Positions 51,646 through 61,431 are shown, numbered from the stretch's first letter. The stretch is 64,000 nt of DNA from Kiritimatiellia bacterium (GCA_040767085.1 JAXGPF010000009.1:160001-224000); one strand, 5' to 3'. Made by a program: numbers and translations. Notes: generated by a model from the sequence alone, not told the origin.

Positions 51646-52952
51646 GCTTCCAAATCCTCAATCAGACTGCGGACTTTGTTGACAAACCGCGCGGCCATGG
51701 CCCCATCCACCACCCGGTGGTCGGATGACAGCGTAATTTTCATCAGCGATCGGACCGCCACGGCCTCCCCGCGCGCAACCGGCTGGGACAGCACCGAGGA
51801 AACCGCCAGAATGCCGCTCTCGCCGGGATTGATGATCGCGGTGAAATTTTCGACATCCAGCATGCCCATGTTGGAAACGGTGAAGGTGCCCCCCGTCATT
51901 TCATCCGGCGCCAGTTTGCCATCCCGGGCCCGCCCGGCCAATTCCACGATCCGCGCATGCAATTGCGGCAGGCTGAGCCGGTCGGCCCCGCAAATGACCG
52001 GCACCAGCAGGCCGTCGGGCACGGAGACGGCCATGCCCACATTGATCCGGCTGCGCCAGCGGATGGTTTTGCCGTCGGTGCTGCTGTTCAGCGCGGGGAA
52101 ATCGCGCAAGGCCAGCGCGACGGCCTTGATGATGCAATCGTTCAGGGAATAATTCCGGCCGGTTTTTTTCATTTCCTTGCGCCAGCCGAGCAAATCCGTG
52201 ACATCCACGGAGACTGTGACATAAAAATGCGGGATGCCGGTCGTGCTCTGCAGCATCCGGCGGGCGATGACCTGGCGCATGGAACTCAACGGGCGCGGTT
52301 TTTCCGCGACGGCCGTCTGAATTTCCGCCACCCCGATCCGCCCGTCGGCATCCGCCGGGACTTCCAGCACGTTGATTTTTTCGCGCAAGGCCAGTTCCCG
52401 GGCCGCCGGCGTCAGGCGCAGTTTGCGGTAACCGCTGGCTTCCATGTAAGCGGTCACGTCCTTTTCGGTAATGCGCGCGCCGGACGCCGGCACAGCGCCG
52501 GGATCGATCGGCGTTTCCTTCAGCAAACGCCGAGCGCGCGGAGAGTAAGCCCGCCGCGGCGGTTGGGCCGGCATGGCGGCGGGGGGCGCGGCCGCCGCAA
52601 CCGGGACGGCGGGCGGCGGCGCGACGGGCGCCGGGGCCGTCGGCGCGGCAGCCGGGACCGCCGGGGCCGGTTGGGTCTTGGCGGCAGGCGGCGTGATTGC
52701 GGGAATCTTCTCGCCCGGTTGTCCGACAAACGCCACCGGGGCGGTTACCGGCACCGTCTGGCCCTCGGACACGACGATGGCCAGCAGGGTGCCGTCAAAA
52801 AAGCTTTCCACCTCCAGCACCGCCTTGTCCGTCTCGATTTCAAACAGCACATCGCCCTTGGCGACCGGATCGCCGACCTGCTTGTGCCATTTGACGATGG
52901 TGGATTCCTCCACGGTCTGCCCGAGCTTGGGCATGATGATGGTGTGCGGCAT
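51627..52952 (-). CDS. Dihydrolipoamide acyltransferase (E2)
   Basis: Lipoyl domain ETDKA; Pro/Ala linker; two PSBD-like repeats (SPRARR, TPAAR); DHRVVDG. Confidence 0.93.
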   Translation of the reverse strand: MPHTIIMPKLGQTVEESTIVKWHKQVGDPVAKGDVLFEIETDKAVLEVESFFDGTLLAIVVSEGQTVPVTAPVAFVGQPGEKIPAITPPAAKTQPAPAVPAAAPTAPAPVAPPPAVPVAAAAPPAAMPAQPPRRAYSPRARRLLKETPIDPGAVPASGARITEKDVTAYMEASGYRKLRLTPAARELALREKINVLEVPADADGRIGVAEIQTAVAEKPRPLSSMRQVIARRMLQSTTGIPHFYVTVSVDVTDLLGWRKEMKKTGRNYSLNDCIIKAVALALRDFPALNSSTDGKTIRWRSRINVGMAVSVPDGLLVPVICGADRLSLPQLHARIVELAGRARDGKLAPDEMTGGTFTVSNMGMLDVENFTAIINPGESGILAVSSVLSQPVARGEAVAVRSLMKITLSSDHRVVDGAMAARFVNKVRSLIEDLEAWKNMI

Positions 52953-52969
52953 GATATTTTCCCCCCTCC

Positions 52970-55258
52970 TTATCCCAGCACCGCGCGCGCCGCCGCGACA
53001 ATGTCGCCGGCATTCGGCAGGAAGGCGGCTTCCAGGATGTGGGATTGCGGCGCAATGCCGTTCTTGGCGTCCACCCGCAGCACCGGGGCGTCGAGGAAAT
53101 CAAAAGCCCGCTCCATGATCGTGGAGGCGATTTCCCCGGTAAAGCTGCCGTTATGCACGCACTGGCTGGCCACCACGCACCGGCCGGTTTTCCGCACCGA
53201 CGTCAGCACGGTTTCGATGTCCAGCGGCACCAGGCTCCGCAGGTCCACCACCTCGGCCGATTTGCCCTCCGCCGCCAGGGTCTCCGCCGCGCGCAAGGCG
53301 TCGTGCAAGGCGGGCCCCCAGGCGACAATGGTCAAGTCCTGGCCCGGACGCTTGACCTCGGCCTGCCCGAGCGGCACCAGGTAATCATCCTCCGGCACAA
53401 CGCCCTTGGTGTTGTAAAGCAACTGCGATTCCACAAAGAGCACCGGGTTGTTGTCGCGGATGGCGCTCTTGAGCATGCCCTTGGCATCGTAGGGCGTCGC
53501 GGGATATGCCACGTATATGCCGGGGATATGCGCAAACATCGATTCCAGCGTCTGCGAATGCTGGCCGCCATAGCCCTTGCCGCCCCCGACGGAGGCGCGA
53601 ATCACCAGCGGCAACTCGACGTTGGCGCCGGACATGTAGTGCCACTTGGCCGCCTGGTTGCCGATTTGATCCGAAGCCATCAGGGCGAAATCCATGTACA
53701 TCAATTCCACCACCGGGCGCAATCCCGCCATGGAAGCGCCGACGGAAGTGCCGCAGATGGCGGCCTCGGAAATCGGCGTATTGAAAACGCGCTCCCGGCC
53801 GAAGGCTTCCAGCAGGCCCTTGGTGACCTTGAAGGCCCCGCCGTAGTCGGCCACATCCTCGCCGTAAAGCATCACCCGGCGGTCGCGCAGCATTTCCTGC
53901 ACCATGGCTTCCTTGAGCGCATCCTTGTAGGTCAATTCACCGGCAGCCGTGCGCTTGATTTCAGGGAGCTCCAGCGCGATCGGGCTGTGCTGGAATTCCG
54001 CCGGCACGGTTTTGGCCGCGGTGTCGGTGTAAATGTACTTGATCACATCCGCCGGGGAAGGATCGGGCGCGGCGGCGGCGCGCTGGGCGGCGCGCGCGTT
54101 GCGCTCGCTGACCTTGCGCTCCAGGCCGGCTATTTCCGCTTCCTGCAACACGCCCGCCGCCAATAGCTGGGCGCGATAAACGGCGATCGGATCCACGGCC
54201 TTCCACGCGGCTTCTTCATCGCGCGTGCGGTATTCCGTGCGGGGATCGGTCAGGGAATGGCCGTAGTAACGATAAGTATCCAGTTCCACCAGGCAGGGTC
54301 CTTCACCCGCCCGGCAGCGGTCCGCGGCCCGCCGGATGGAGTCCAGCACGGCCAGGACATCCATCCCGTTGACCACCTCGGCGTGCATGTTGTTATTCGC
54401 GAAGCCCGCGGCGCGGCGCGCCAGGCGGGTAACGCCGGCCACCTCTTTTTCCGCCCTTCCGGTCATGCCGTAATGGTTGTTCAGCATGATGAAAACAATC
54501 GGCAAGCCGCGCGGCTTGCGGGACATTTCATTGGCGAACTGGCTCATGGCCGCCCAATTCAGCGATTCCAGGACCACGCCGTTGGCATAGGCGCCGTCGC
54601 CGGCGAAACAGCAGACAATCCGGCCGTTTTCCAGGTAACGGCAGGCGGTGGCCGCGCCGGCGGCGATCGGCACGCCGCCGCCGACAATGGCGTTGGCGCC
54701 CAGGTGCTGCAGGGTAAAATCGGCGATGTGCATCCCGCCGCCGCGCCCGCGGCAGTAGCCGGTTTCCTTGCCGAACAACTCGGCAATCGTGCGGTAAATA
54801 TGATCTTCCAGGACGGCCTCCAGCAAATCATCGTCGCCGCCGCGGTAATCCGGCACGCGCTGGCGCAGCCGCTCCGGCGGCAGGGCGCGGATCGCCGAGC
54901 AGCCCTTGGCGATGCTGTCGCCGTGCCCGCGGTGCGTGCTGGTGATGTAATCCGTGGGGGCCATGGCGGCGCAGGCCCCGGTCGAAGCCGCTTCCTGCCC
55001 GATCGACACATGCGTCGGGCCGCGGTAATTATAATCGGGCAAGGGCGTGTAGGCGCCGGAACGCAGCTTGACAATCATCTCTTCAAACTCGCGGATGGTC
55101 AGCATGTCTTCCAGCAGGCGCGCCGCCGCGGCGCGGTCCAACCGCCCCGCCTGCATTTCACCGGCCAGATCGCCGTTGAAAGTATAACAGGGGATTTTTC
55201 CGCAATCTATGACCATCGGCTTGAAAACCGGCCGCATGTCGCTTAAATAATGTGGCAT
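52970..55258 (-). CDS. Fused E1 alpha/beta subunit, acetoin/2-oxoacid dehydrogenase family (ThDP)
   Basis: HVSIGQEA, STHRGHG, GDGA...NN, YRYYGHS; beta part GEDV..YGG, NTPISE, GGQHSQ. Confidence 0.93.
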   Translation of the reverse strand: MPHYLSDMRPVFKPMVIDCGKIPCYTFNGDLAGEMQAGRLDRAAAARLLEDMLTIREFEEMIVKLRSGAYTPLPDYNYRGPTHVSIGQEAASTGACAAMAPTDYITSTHRGHGDSIAKGCSAIRALPPERLRQRVPDYRGGDDDLLEAVLEDHIYRTIAELFGKETGYCRGRGGGMHIADFTLQHLGANAIVGGGVPIAAGAATACRYLENGRIVCCFAGDGAYANGVVLESLNWAAMSQFANEMSRKPRGLPIVFIMLNNHYGMTGRAEKEVAGVTRLARRAAGFANNNMHAEVVNGMDVLAVLDSIRRAADRCRAGEGPCLVELDTYRYYGHSLTDPRTEYRTRDEEAAWKAVDPIAVYRAQLLAAGVLQEAEIAGLERKVSERNARAAQRAAAAPDPSPADVIKYIYTDTAAKTVPAEFQHSPIALELPEIKRTAAGELTYKDALKEAMVQEMLRDRRVMLYGEDVADYGGAFKVTKGLLEAFGRERVFNTPISEAAICGTSVGASMAGLRPVVELMYMDFALMASDQIGNQAAKWHYMSGANVELPLVIRASVGGGKGYGGQHSQTLESMFAHIPGIYVAYPATPYDAKGMLKSAIRDNNPVLFVESQLLYNTKGVVPEDDYLVPLGQAEVKRPGQDLTIVAWGPALHDALRAAETLAAEGKSAEVVDLRSLVPLDIETVLTSVRKTGRCVVASQCVHNGSFTGEIASTIMERAFDFLDAPVLRVDAKNGIAPQSHILEAAFLPNAGDIVAAARAVLG

Positions 55259-55328
55259 TATATATTCCTCAGGATTAGTTTAAAAATCGGATGGCGCAGC
55301 GCCGGCCGGCCGCGCCGCAATCCGGCGG

Positions 55329-55371
55329 AAAAAGGCGCAGGCGGCAACCCCGGGGGATTGCCGCCTTCGCC
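55329..55371 (-). terminator. Intrinsic terminator after rpoZ
   Basis: Minus strand GGCGAAGGCGGCAA-loop-TTGCCGCCTGCGCC followed by TTTTT. Confidence 0.65.
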
Positions 55372-55401
55372 AGAACACCGCGCCGCGCGATTTCGCCGCG
55401 C

Positions 55402-55608
55402 TTAAGCGCCGGCAAAATCTATCTCCGCGACGATTTTGCCATCCGCAACTTCGCGCAGGGAGATGTCTTCCAGTTCCTCGTCGGAATCCGGCTTGAGCAA
55501 TGGACGCTGACCGGCGATCAATTGGCGCACCCGCATGGAGATCATATTGATCAGCACGGACGTGCCTGGCACCCGATGTTTGGCAGTTTGCAACAAATCA
55601 GTCTGCAT
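55402..55608 (-). CDS. rpoZ: RNA polymerase subunit omega
   Basis: SD GGAGG; 68 aa; LINMISMRVRQL..G.RPL...DISLREVADGKI. Confidence 0.85.
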   Translation of the reverse strand: MQTDLLQTAKHRVPGTSVLINMISMRVRQLIAGQRPLLKPDSDEELEDISLREVADGKIVAEIDFAGA

Positions 55609-55638
55609 ACGCAACAACCTCCGTAAAAAACCTGATAC

Positions 55639-55666
55639 ATTATGCATAAGCCGCGCCGTATTTCAA
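55639..55666 (-). promoter_or_regulatory. Putative sigma70 promoter of rpoZ
   Basis: Minus strand TTGAAA-N16-CATAAT. Confidence 0.5.
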
Positions 55667-55713
55667 GTTGTTTTTCAATTAATCTTTCCCCGGCGAAACG
55701 CCGCACTTCCTGT

Positions 55714-55742
55714 TTGACGCGCCGGCGGCGATCCGTTATATT
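55714..55742 (+). promoter_or_regulatory. Putative sigma70 promoter of the ABC operon
   Basis: TTGACG-N17-TATATT. Confidence 0.6.
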
Positions 55743-55817
55743 TGCGCGCATCGTTCGGCGACAACCCCAAGCGCGGAAAACCAGCGCCCGGCCATCCAAC
55801 CGCGGCAAATCAAAACC

Positions 55818-56618
55818 ATGAAAAACTTTCACCCGGCCATGCGGCTTCGCCCATGCCTTGCATTGTCATTGCCGCTGGCACTCCTGCTGTTTTGCGGCTG
55901 CGCCGCCAAGCGCGAGCGCATCATGGATATCGCACAGCTTCACGACAAGGAATTCGCCGTGCCGGCCGGCACGGTGGCCGATCAACTGGTGCTCTCGCGC
56001 TTCCCCCGCGCCCGGTTCAAATACTTCAACAGCGTCATGGACGCCTGTATGGCCGTCCAAGCCGGCAAGGCGGATGCCGCGGCCTACGACGAGCCGATCC
56101 TGCGCAATTTTGCCGCCATCCATCCCGGTCTCAAGGTGCTGCCCGGCATGATCACGGTGGATCAATACGGCTTTGCCGTGCGCCCGGCCGACACCCGGCT
56201 GAAACAGGCGATCGACGGAGTCTTAACCGAATTGAAAGCCAGCGGCGAGTACGACCGGATGCTCGCGCGCTGGCTGCCGGCCCGGGGCGCGCCCGGGCCG
56301 ATGCCGGACTTCGCCGCCGGCGGCGGCCAGGGCGTGTTGCGCTTCGGGACTTCGGCGGTGACGGAGCCCTTTTCCTTCATGGACGGCAAACGCAATGTGG
56401 TCGGACTTGACATTGAACTGGCGCGCCATTTTGCGCGCAAATTGGAGATGCAACTGGAAGTGGTGAACATGGAATTCGGGGGCATGATTCCAGCCCTGGC
56501 CGCCGGCAAGGTGGATGTCATCGGCGCCTGCATCACCATCACGCCCGAGCGGGCCAAGCAGGTGCTCTTCTCGGATTCCTATTACACCGGCGGCATCGCG
56601 GCCATGGTCAGGGAATAG
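55818..56618 (+). CDS. Polar amino-acid ABC substrate-binding lipoprotein (circularly permuted)
   Basis: Lipobox FCGC; SBP_bac_3 motifs (GLDIELA, GKVD, ITITPER, YGFAV) in swapped order; start may be 55839. Confidence 0.85.
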   Translation: MKNFHPAMRLRPCLALSLPLALLLFCGCAAKRERIMDIAQLHDKEFAVPAGTVADQLVLSRFPRARFKYFNSVMDACMAVQAGKADAAAYDEPILRNFAAIHPGLKVLPGMITVDQYGFAVRPADTRLKQAIDGVLTELKASGEYDRMLARWLPARGAPGPMPDFAAGGGQGVLRFGTSAVTEPFSFMDGKRNVVGLDIELARHFARKLEMQLEVVNMEFGGMIPALAAGKVDVIGACITITPERAKQVLFSDSYYTGGIAAMVRE

Positions 56619-56690
56619 CCGCCGCAAATTCAAAACCAATCATCTCCGGCGCAGAGCGCGGCGGCATGCAGCGCGGGCGGCGATACCAAA

Positions 56691-57380
56691 ATGCACAACA
56701 CCTGGATTGAAGGCTTTTACCGCAATGTGCTCCACGAACAGCGTTACCTGTTGATTCTGGACGGCATCAAGACCACGGCCGAAATTTCGATCTGGGCGCT
56801 CCTCCTGGGCACGGCCCTGGGCATCCTGGTCTGCCGCCTGCGCATGGCGCGCTCCCCCTGGCTGGCCCTGCCCGCCCGGGCCTTTATCGCCGTCATGCGG
56901 GGCGTGCCGCTGCTGGTCATCCTGATGATCAACTTTTACGTGGTTTTTGCCGCCGTTAATATTGATGCCGTCCATGTGGCCATTTTGACCTTCGGCTGCA
57001 ATTTTGCAGCCTATGTCGCCGAAATCTACCGCGCCGGCATTGTCAGCGTTGACCGGGGCCAAACCGAGGCAGGGCTGGCCCTGGGGTTTACCCGGATGCA
57101 GACCTTTGTGTATATCGTCGCGCCGCAAGCTTTGCGCTACATCCTCCCGGTTTATAAAGGCGAAGCGATTTCCATGATTAAAATGACCTCCGTGGTCGGT
57201 TATATCGCCGTGCAGGATCTGACCCGGGCGGCGGACATCATCCGCAGCCGCACCTTCGACGCATTTTTCCCCCTGATCATGGTGGCTATCCTCTATTTTC
57301 TCTTTGCCTGGCTGCTGCTGGCCGCGCTCACCGGATTGGAGGCGCGCCTGCATGCCGGACGTTCGGGGCGGCGGAGTTGA
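56691..57380 (+). CDS. Polar amino-acid ABC permease
   Basis: RGVPLLV, AAYVAEIYRAGI.SVDRGQTEA..ALG, IKMTSV. Confidence 0.95.
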   Translation: MHNTWIEGFYRNVLHEQRYLLILDGIKTTAEISIWALLLGTALGILVCRLRMARSPWLALPARAFIAVMRGVPLLVILMINFYVVFAAVNIDAVHVAILTFGCNFAAYVAEIYRAGIVSVDRGQTEAGLALGFTRMQTFVYIVAPQALRYILPVYKGEAISMIKMTSVVGYIAVQDLTRAADIIRSRTFDAFFPLIMVAILYFLFAWLLLAALTGLEARLHAGRSGRRS

Positions 57381-57384
57381 AACA

Positions 57385-58506
57385 ATGATCCGGATACTGA
57401 ACCTGACCAAGTCTTTCGGCGCCGAGCGCGTTTTGAGAGGCGTCACCGAAACCATCCGGCCCGGCGAAGTGATTGCCGTCATCGGCCCCTCCGGCTCGGG
57501 CAAAAGCACGCTCTTGCGCTGCATCAACCTGCTCGAACGTCCGGATGGCGGGGAAATCCTGGTGGACGGCCGGAATATCCTCGCGCCGGACGCCAACCAG
57601 GCGCGCGTCCGGCGGAAAATCGGCATGGTGTTCCAGTCCTTCCACCTTTTCCCCCACCTCACCGCGCTGGAAAATGTCGCCATCGGACCGGAGAAAATCC
57701 TGCGGCAGCCCCGCCGCGCGGCGCTGGCGCGGGGGCGGGAATTGCTCGCAATGGTCGGCCTGGCCGGCAAGACCGCGAGCATGCCCAGCATGCTTTCCGG
57801 CGGCCAGCAACAACGCGTGGCCATCGCGCGCTGCCTGGCCATGGATCCCGACGCCATCCTGTTCGACGAACCGACTTCCGCGCTGGACCCCGCCATGATC
57901 AGCGAAGTGCTGGCGGTCATCCGCCGCCTCGCCCGGGATGGCATGACCATGATGATCGTCACCCACGAATTGAATTTCGCCCGGGACGTCGCCAGCCGGA
58001 TATGCTACATGGACGAGGGAGTAATTTACGAATCCGGGCCGCCCGCCCGGATCATGGACAATGCCGCGCGCGAAAAAACCCGCGCCTTCATCAACCGGCT
58101 GCGCAATTTCAGCTATCGCATCGACAGCCAGAATTTCGACGCCTTCGCCATGAACGCCGCGATCGAATCCTTTTGCGAGAAGCACTTCTTCAGCCCTAAA
58201 TTGATCCAGCACACCCTGTTGGCGGTGGAAGAATCGCTGGCTTTGCATTTCGCCCGGCCGGACCCGGCCGCCATCAATGTGACCATATCCTACGCCGAAA
58301 AATCGGGGACAGTCGAGATCTGCTTCGACGACCGCCAGCCGCTGCACAATTTTCTCGAGGACACCGGCGCGCATGACGGGCTGGAATTGAAAATTCTGCG
58401 CGGCATCGCCCACGACGTCGCCTGGGAGCCCCTGGCCGATGGCAACCGCGTGCGGCTGACCCTGAATGCCGTCAACCGAGGCCTGCCCGAGACGGACGGA
58501 AAATGA
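57385..58506 (+). CDS. Polar amino-acid ABC ATPase (GlnQ-like) with ~130-aa C-terminal extension
   Basis: GPSGSGKS, LSGGQQQR, LFDEPTSALD, VTHE. Confidence 0.93.
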   Translation: MIRILNLTKSFGAERVLRGVTETIRPGEVIAVIGPSGSGKSTLLRCINLLERPDGGEILVDGRNILAPDANQARVRRKIGMVFQSFHLFPHLTALENVAIGPEKILRQPRRAALARGRELLAMVGLAGKTASMPSMLSGGQQQRVAIARCLAMDPDAILFDEPTSALDPAMISEVLAVIRRLARDGMTMMIVTHELNFARDVASRICYMDEGVIYESGPPARIMDNAAREKTRAFINRLRNFSYRIDSQNFDAFAMNAAIESFCEKHFFSPKLIQHTLLAVEESLALHFARPDPAAINVTISYAEKSGTVEICFDDRQPLHNFLEDTGAHDGLELKILRGIAHDVAWEPLADGNRVRLTLNAVNRGLPETDGK

Positions 58507-58558
58507 TTGGGCGCATTTTTGATGGAGCCGGGACGGGCGCCCCATGCGGCCGCCGCCG

Positions 58559-59914
58559 TCAAAGCATGTCCAAATCCAGAATCCGCGCCAGCCCGCGCAG
58601 CGCGCGCCGTTGATCGCCATAGGCCAGGATGTAATGCTGGCTCATGACCCGCTCCTGGAACGCGGACATCGGCGTCTCGAAATCGATCCGCAGACTGGGC
58701 AATTGCGGCGCCGGCGGCTGCCAGCCGGCTTCTTCCCAGGCCGGCGGCGGCACGGCGTTGCCGCAGACGGCATGCAGGCCGTAACGGCCGCCGGCATGCG
58801 CCAGCCGGATCAGGGTCGCCGGCCCGGTCTTGATTCTGGACACATTCAACAAGCCTTCGCCGAAGCCGCCGAAGGCCGTCGGCGTCACGCGCACCGGCCC
58901 ATCCACCACCTGGGGCGGCACGTAATCCGGCACCCCCATCAACACGCCATTATCGAAGAAATCGTAAAACTCCAGGTAGGCGCAGGCCTGGCCGGTCAAG
59001 TCCCGCGCCAGCAACTGCGTCACGGCGCCCAGGGTGTCGTTCTCGGGAATGGTGCAGATATCCGGGTTGGCGTCATGCAGCAGGGTCAGGGCGCCGGCGG
59101 GCGCGAATTGAAAAAACTTCTTCACGCCGTCCACATCCTTGAACGACAGCGCCTGGTAGCCGCGTTCGCGGATTTTGCGCTGCAGCGCCCAGCACAAGCG
59201 GATGGTGTTTTCCAGGGTGGCGGGTTGGGCCGGCCGGGTGAATTCCCACGCCTGCAGCCGCGCGCGCAGCGCGGCCAGGTCTTCCGCGCCGCAGGACTCC
59301 ATGGCGCGCGCTATTTCCAGCATCTCGAAGAACTCCACTTCCACGCCCAGCCGGCCGCGCAACGAAACCCCGTCGAACATCGTGCCGTAGAGGTTCATGT
59401 CGCGGTAGCCCATCTGGCCGATGCGCGCGCCGCGCAGCATGGCTGCCGCCCGGGCCGCCCGGGCAAAATCAAGGATGGCGGGCAGCGGCGCCGGCCCGCC
59501 AGGCGCCTGGGTAACGTATTCGAATTTAAACCCCATTTCCGACAGGGGATGGCGTAAAGCCGTGGTCCCGGCCTGGGGCGCCGTGGTAATCAAACGCCCG
59601 CCTTCCTGCCAGCCGGCCAATCCCCAGAGCACCAGCGGGCGATGGCGGAAGCGATCAATCACATCCAGCACGGCGTGGGATGGAATCCAGCCGGCAATGC
59701 AAACCAGCAGCACATCGAAATCGTGCCGGCTCAATTCCGCCCCCGCGCGCTGCGCCTCGCAGCCCCCGGGATCGTCGCTGACGGGCGCGGTTTCAAACAC
59801 TTCAAATTCCGACGCCGGCAACTGGGCGCGCGCTTCCCGGCACAGCCGCTCGATCAATTCGCGCGGGGTGTTGATTTCACCGAACCCAACAAAACCTGCC
59901 TTGATTTTTCGCAT
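58559..59914 (-). CDS. L-fucose/L-arabinose isomerase-like protein
   Basis: Start ATG 59914; GARIGQMGYR, ENDTLGAVTQ, GPATLIRL, HYILAYGD. Confidence 0.7.
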   Translation of the reverse strand: MRKIKAGFVGFGEINTPRELIERLCREARAQLPASEFEVFETAPVSDDPGGCEAQRAGAELSRHDFDVLLVCIAGWIPSHAVLDVIDRFRHRPLVLWGLAGWQEGGRLITTAPQAGTTALRHPLSEMGFKFEYVTQAPGGPAPLPAILDFARAARAAAMLRGARIGQMGYRDMNLYGTMFDGVSLRGRLGVEVEFFEMLEIARAMESCGAEDLAALRARLQAWEFTRPAQPATLENTIRLCWALQRKIRERGYQALSFKDVDGVKKFFQFAPAGALTLLHDANPDICTIPENDTLGAVTQLLARDLTGQACAYLEFYDFFDNGVLMGVPDYVPPQVVDGPVRVTPTAFGGFGEGLLNVSRIKTGPATLIRLAHAGGRYGLHAVCGNAVPPPAWEEAGWQPPAPQLPSLRIDFETPMSAFQERVMSQHYILAYGDQRRALRGLARILDLDML

Positions 59915-59919
59915 GATTA

Positions 59920-61431
59920 TTAACTCCCTGTTGGTGGCGCGCCTTCGCACTCCTGCAAGGCCCGGCGCTCCAAGTCGCAATATCGCCGGTACACCGGCTC
60001 GTACAAATCGGCCGCGGCGGGATCGTGGCGCACAACCCGGCCGGCCCGGATCATGGCGGCGCAGGCCGCCGCATGGTCCGCGTGCATTCCGACCGCGACG
60101 GCCGCCAGCAACGCCAGCCCCAGGCTGGTGGCTTCGGAACATTCCATGGCCACCAGGTCGCGCCGGCACACGTCCGCCTTGATCTGGAGCCAGGTCCCGC
60201 TGCGCGCCGCGCCGCCCAGCGACCGCAGTTCCGCGCCCGGCACCCCCATCTCCGCCAGCATCTCCAGGTTGCCGCGCACCATGAACGCCACCGCCTCCAT
60301 CAGGGCGCGCACGATGTGCGCGCGGGTGTGCGCAAGGGTCAGGCCATGCAGGGACGCGCGCGCCCGCGGCGATACGCGCGGACACCCGGCGCCGCTGAAA
60401 TGCGGCAGCAGGATCAATCCGCCGGCGCCGGGCGCAATGTCCGCCGCCGGCCGGCAAAGGGCTTCATAATCGGCGCCGCCGCCGAACTCATCCCGGAACC
60501 AGCGCAACGCCATGCCGGCGGTTGGCGCCCAGGGCAGCAGCATGTAGCGGCCCGGCACGCCATGCAGATACAGGCCGACACGCCGGCGCGAATCCAGCAC
60601 CGGATGCAGCGTAGTCGCAGCCAGCGCCAGGGCCGCGCCGGTATTTTCCGTGATGACTCCCGGCGCGATGCTGCCGGCGCCGATGGCGCCGCAAACCTGG
60701 TCAATCGGACCCGGCACGACCGGAATGCCGGCCGGCAACCCGGCCGCCCGGGCGGCTTCCGCATGCACGCGGCCGGCCGCCGCGGCGGGGCCGGTCAGTT
60801 CCGGCAACTGCTCCGGGCGCAGTCCCAGGTATTCCAGCATGGCCGGCCACCAGCCGCCGGTATTCAAATCGAAATAAAGCGTGGATGGATTCAAGCCCCG
60901 GTCGGATGCCAGGCGGCCGGTCAACCGGTAAACCAGGTAATCGCCCACCAGCAGGTACCTGGCGGCGCGCGCATAAATTTCCGGCTCGTGCCGGCGCAGC
61001 CACATCACGCGCGTCGCCGGCCAGGCGGGAATCATTTCCTGCTGGCCGGTCACCCGGTACACTTCCGCCGGATCGAACGCCTCCGCCAGTTCCGCCGCTT
61101 CCGCCGCCGAGCGCGTGTCGAGCCAGACGATCGCTGGCCGCAATGGCCGCCCCTGCCCATCCAACACGATCAGGGTTTCGCCCTGGCTGGTGACGCCCAC
61201 GGCCCGGATTTCCACCCGCCCGCCGCCGCAGGCGGCCAGCGCGGAACGGATGCCCTGGCAGGCGGCTTGCCAGTAAACTTCGGGGTCCAACTCCATCCAG
61301 TCGGCGCGCGGCTTGTCCGGCTGATATTCACAGGAGCCCGTGGCGCATAGCCGGCCCTGCCCGTCAAAGAGCGCGGCCTTAATGGACGTCGTCCCCACGT
61401 CCAGGGTCAAAATGTGCGCCGTGTGTTCCAT
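59920..61431 (-). CDS. FGGY-family sugar kinase (xylulokinase-like)
   Basis: LDVGTTSIKA, AIVWLDTR, DQVCGAIGAG, LGGAARS..WLQIKAD. Confidence 0.92.
   Translation of the reverse strand: MEHTAHILTLDVGTTSIKAALFDGQGRLCATGSCEYQPDKPRADWMELDPEVYWQAACQGIRSALAACGGGRVEIRAVGVTSQGETLIVLDGQGRPLRPAIVWLDTRSAAEAAELAEAFDPAEVYRVTGQQEMIPAWPATRVMWLRRHEPEIYARAARYLLVGDYLVYRLTGRLASDRGLNPSTLYFDLNTGGWWPAMLEYLGLRPEQLPELTGPAAAAGRVHAEAARAAGLPAGIPVVPGPIDQVCGAIGAGSIAPGVITENTGAALALAATTLHPVLDSRRRVGLYLHGVPGRYMLLPWAPTAGMALRWFRDEFGGGADYEALCRPAADIAPGAGGLILLPHFSGAGCPRVSPRARASLHGLTLAHTRAHIVRALMEAVAFMVRGNLEMLAEMGVPGAELRSLGGAARSGTWLQIKADVCRRDLVAMECSEATSLGLALLAAVAVGMHADHAAACAAMIRAGRVVRHDPAAADLYEPVYRRYCDLERRALQECEGAPPTGS

Noticed and set aside
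59915..60457. N-terminal extension of the 632-aa isomerase ORF
   Set aside because: Overlaps the kinase gene in another frame; the plausible start is ATG 59914, just after the kinase stop.
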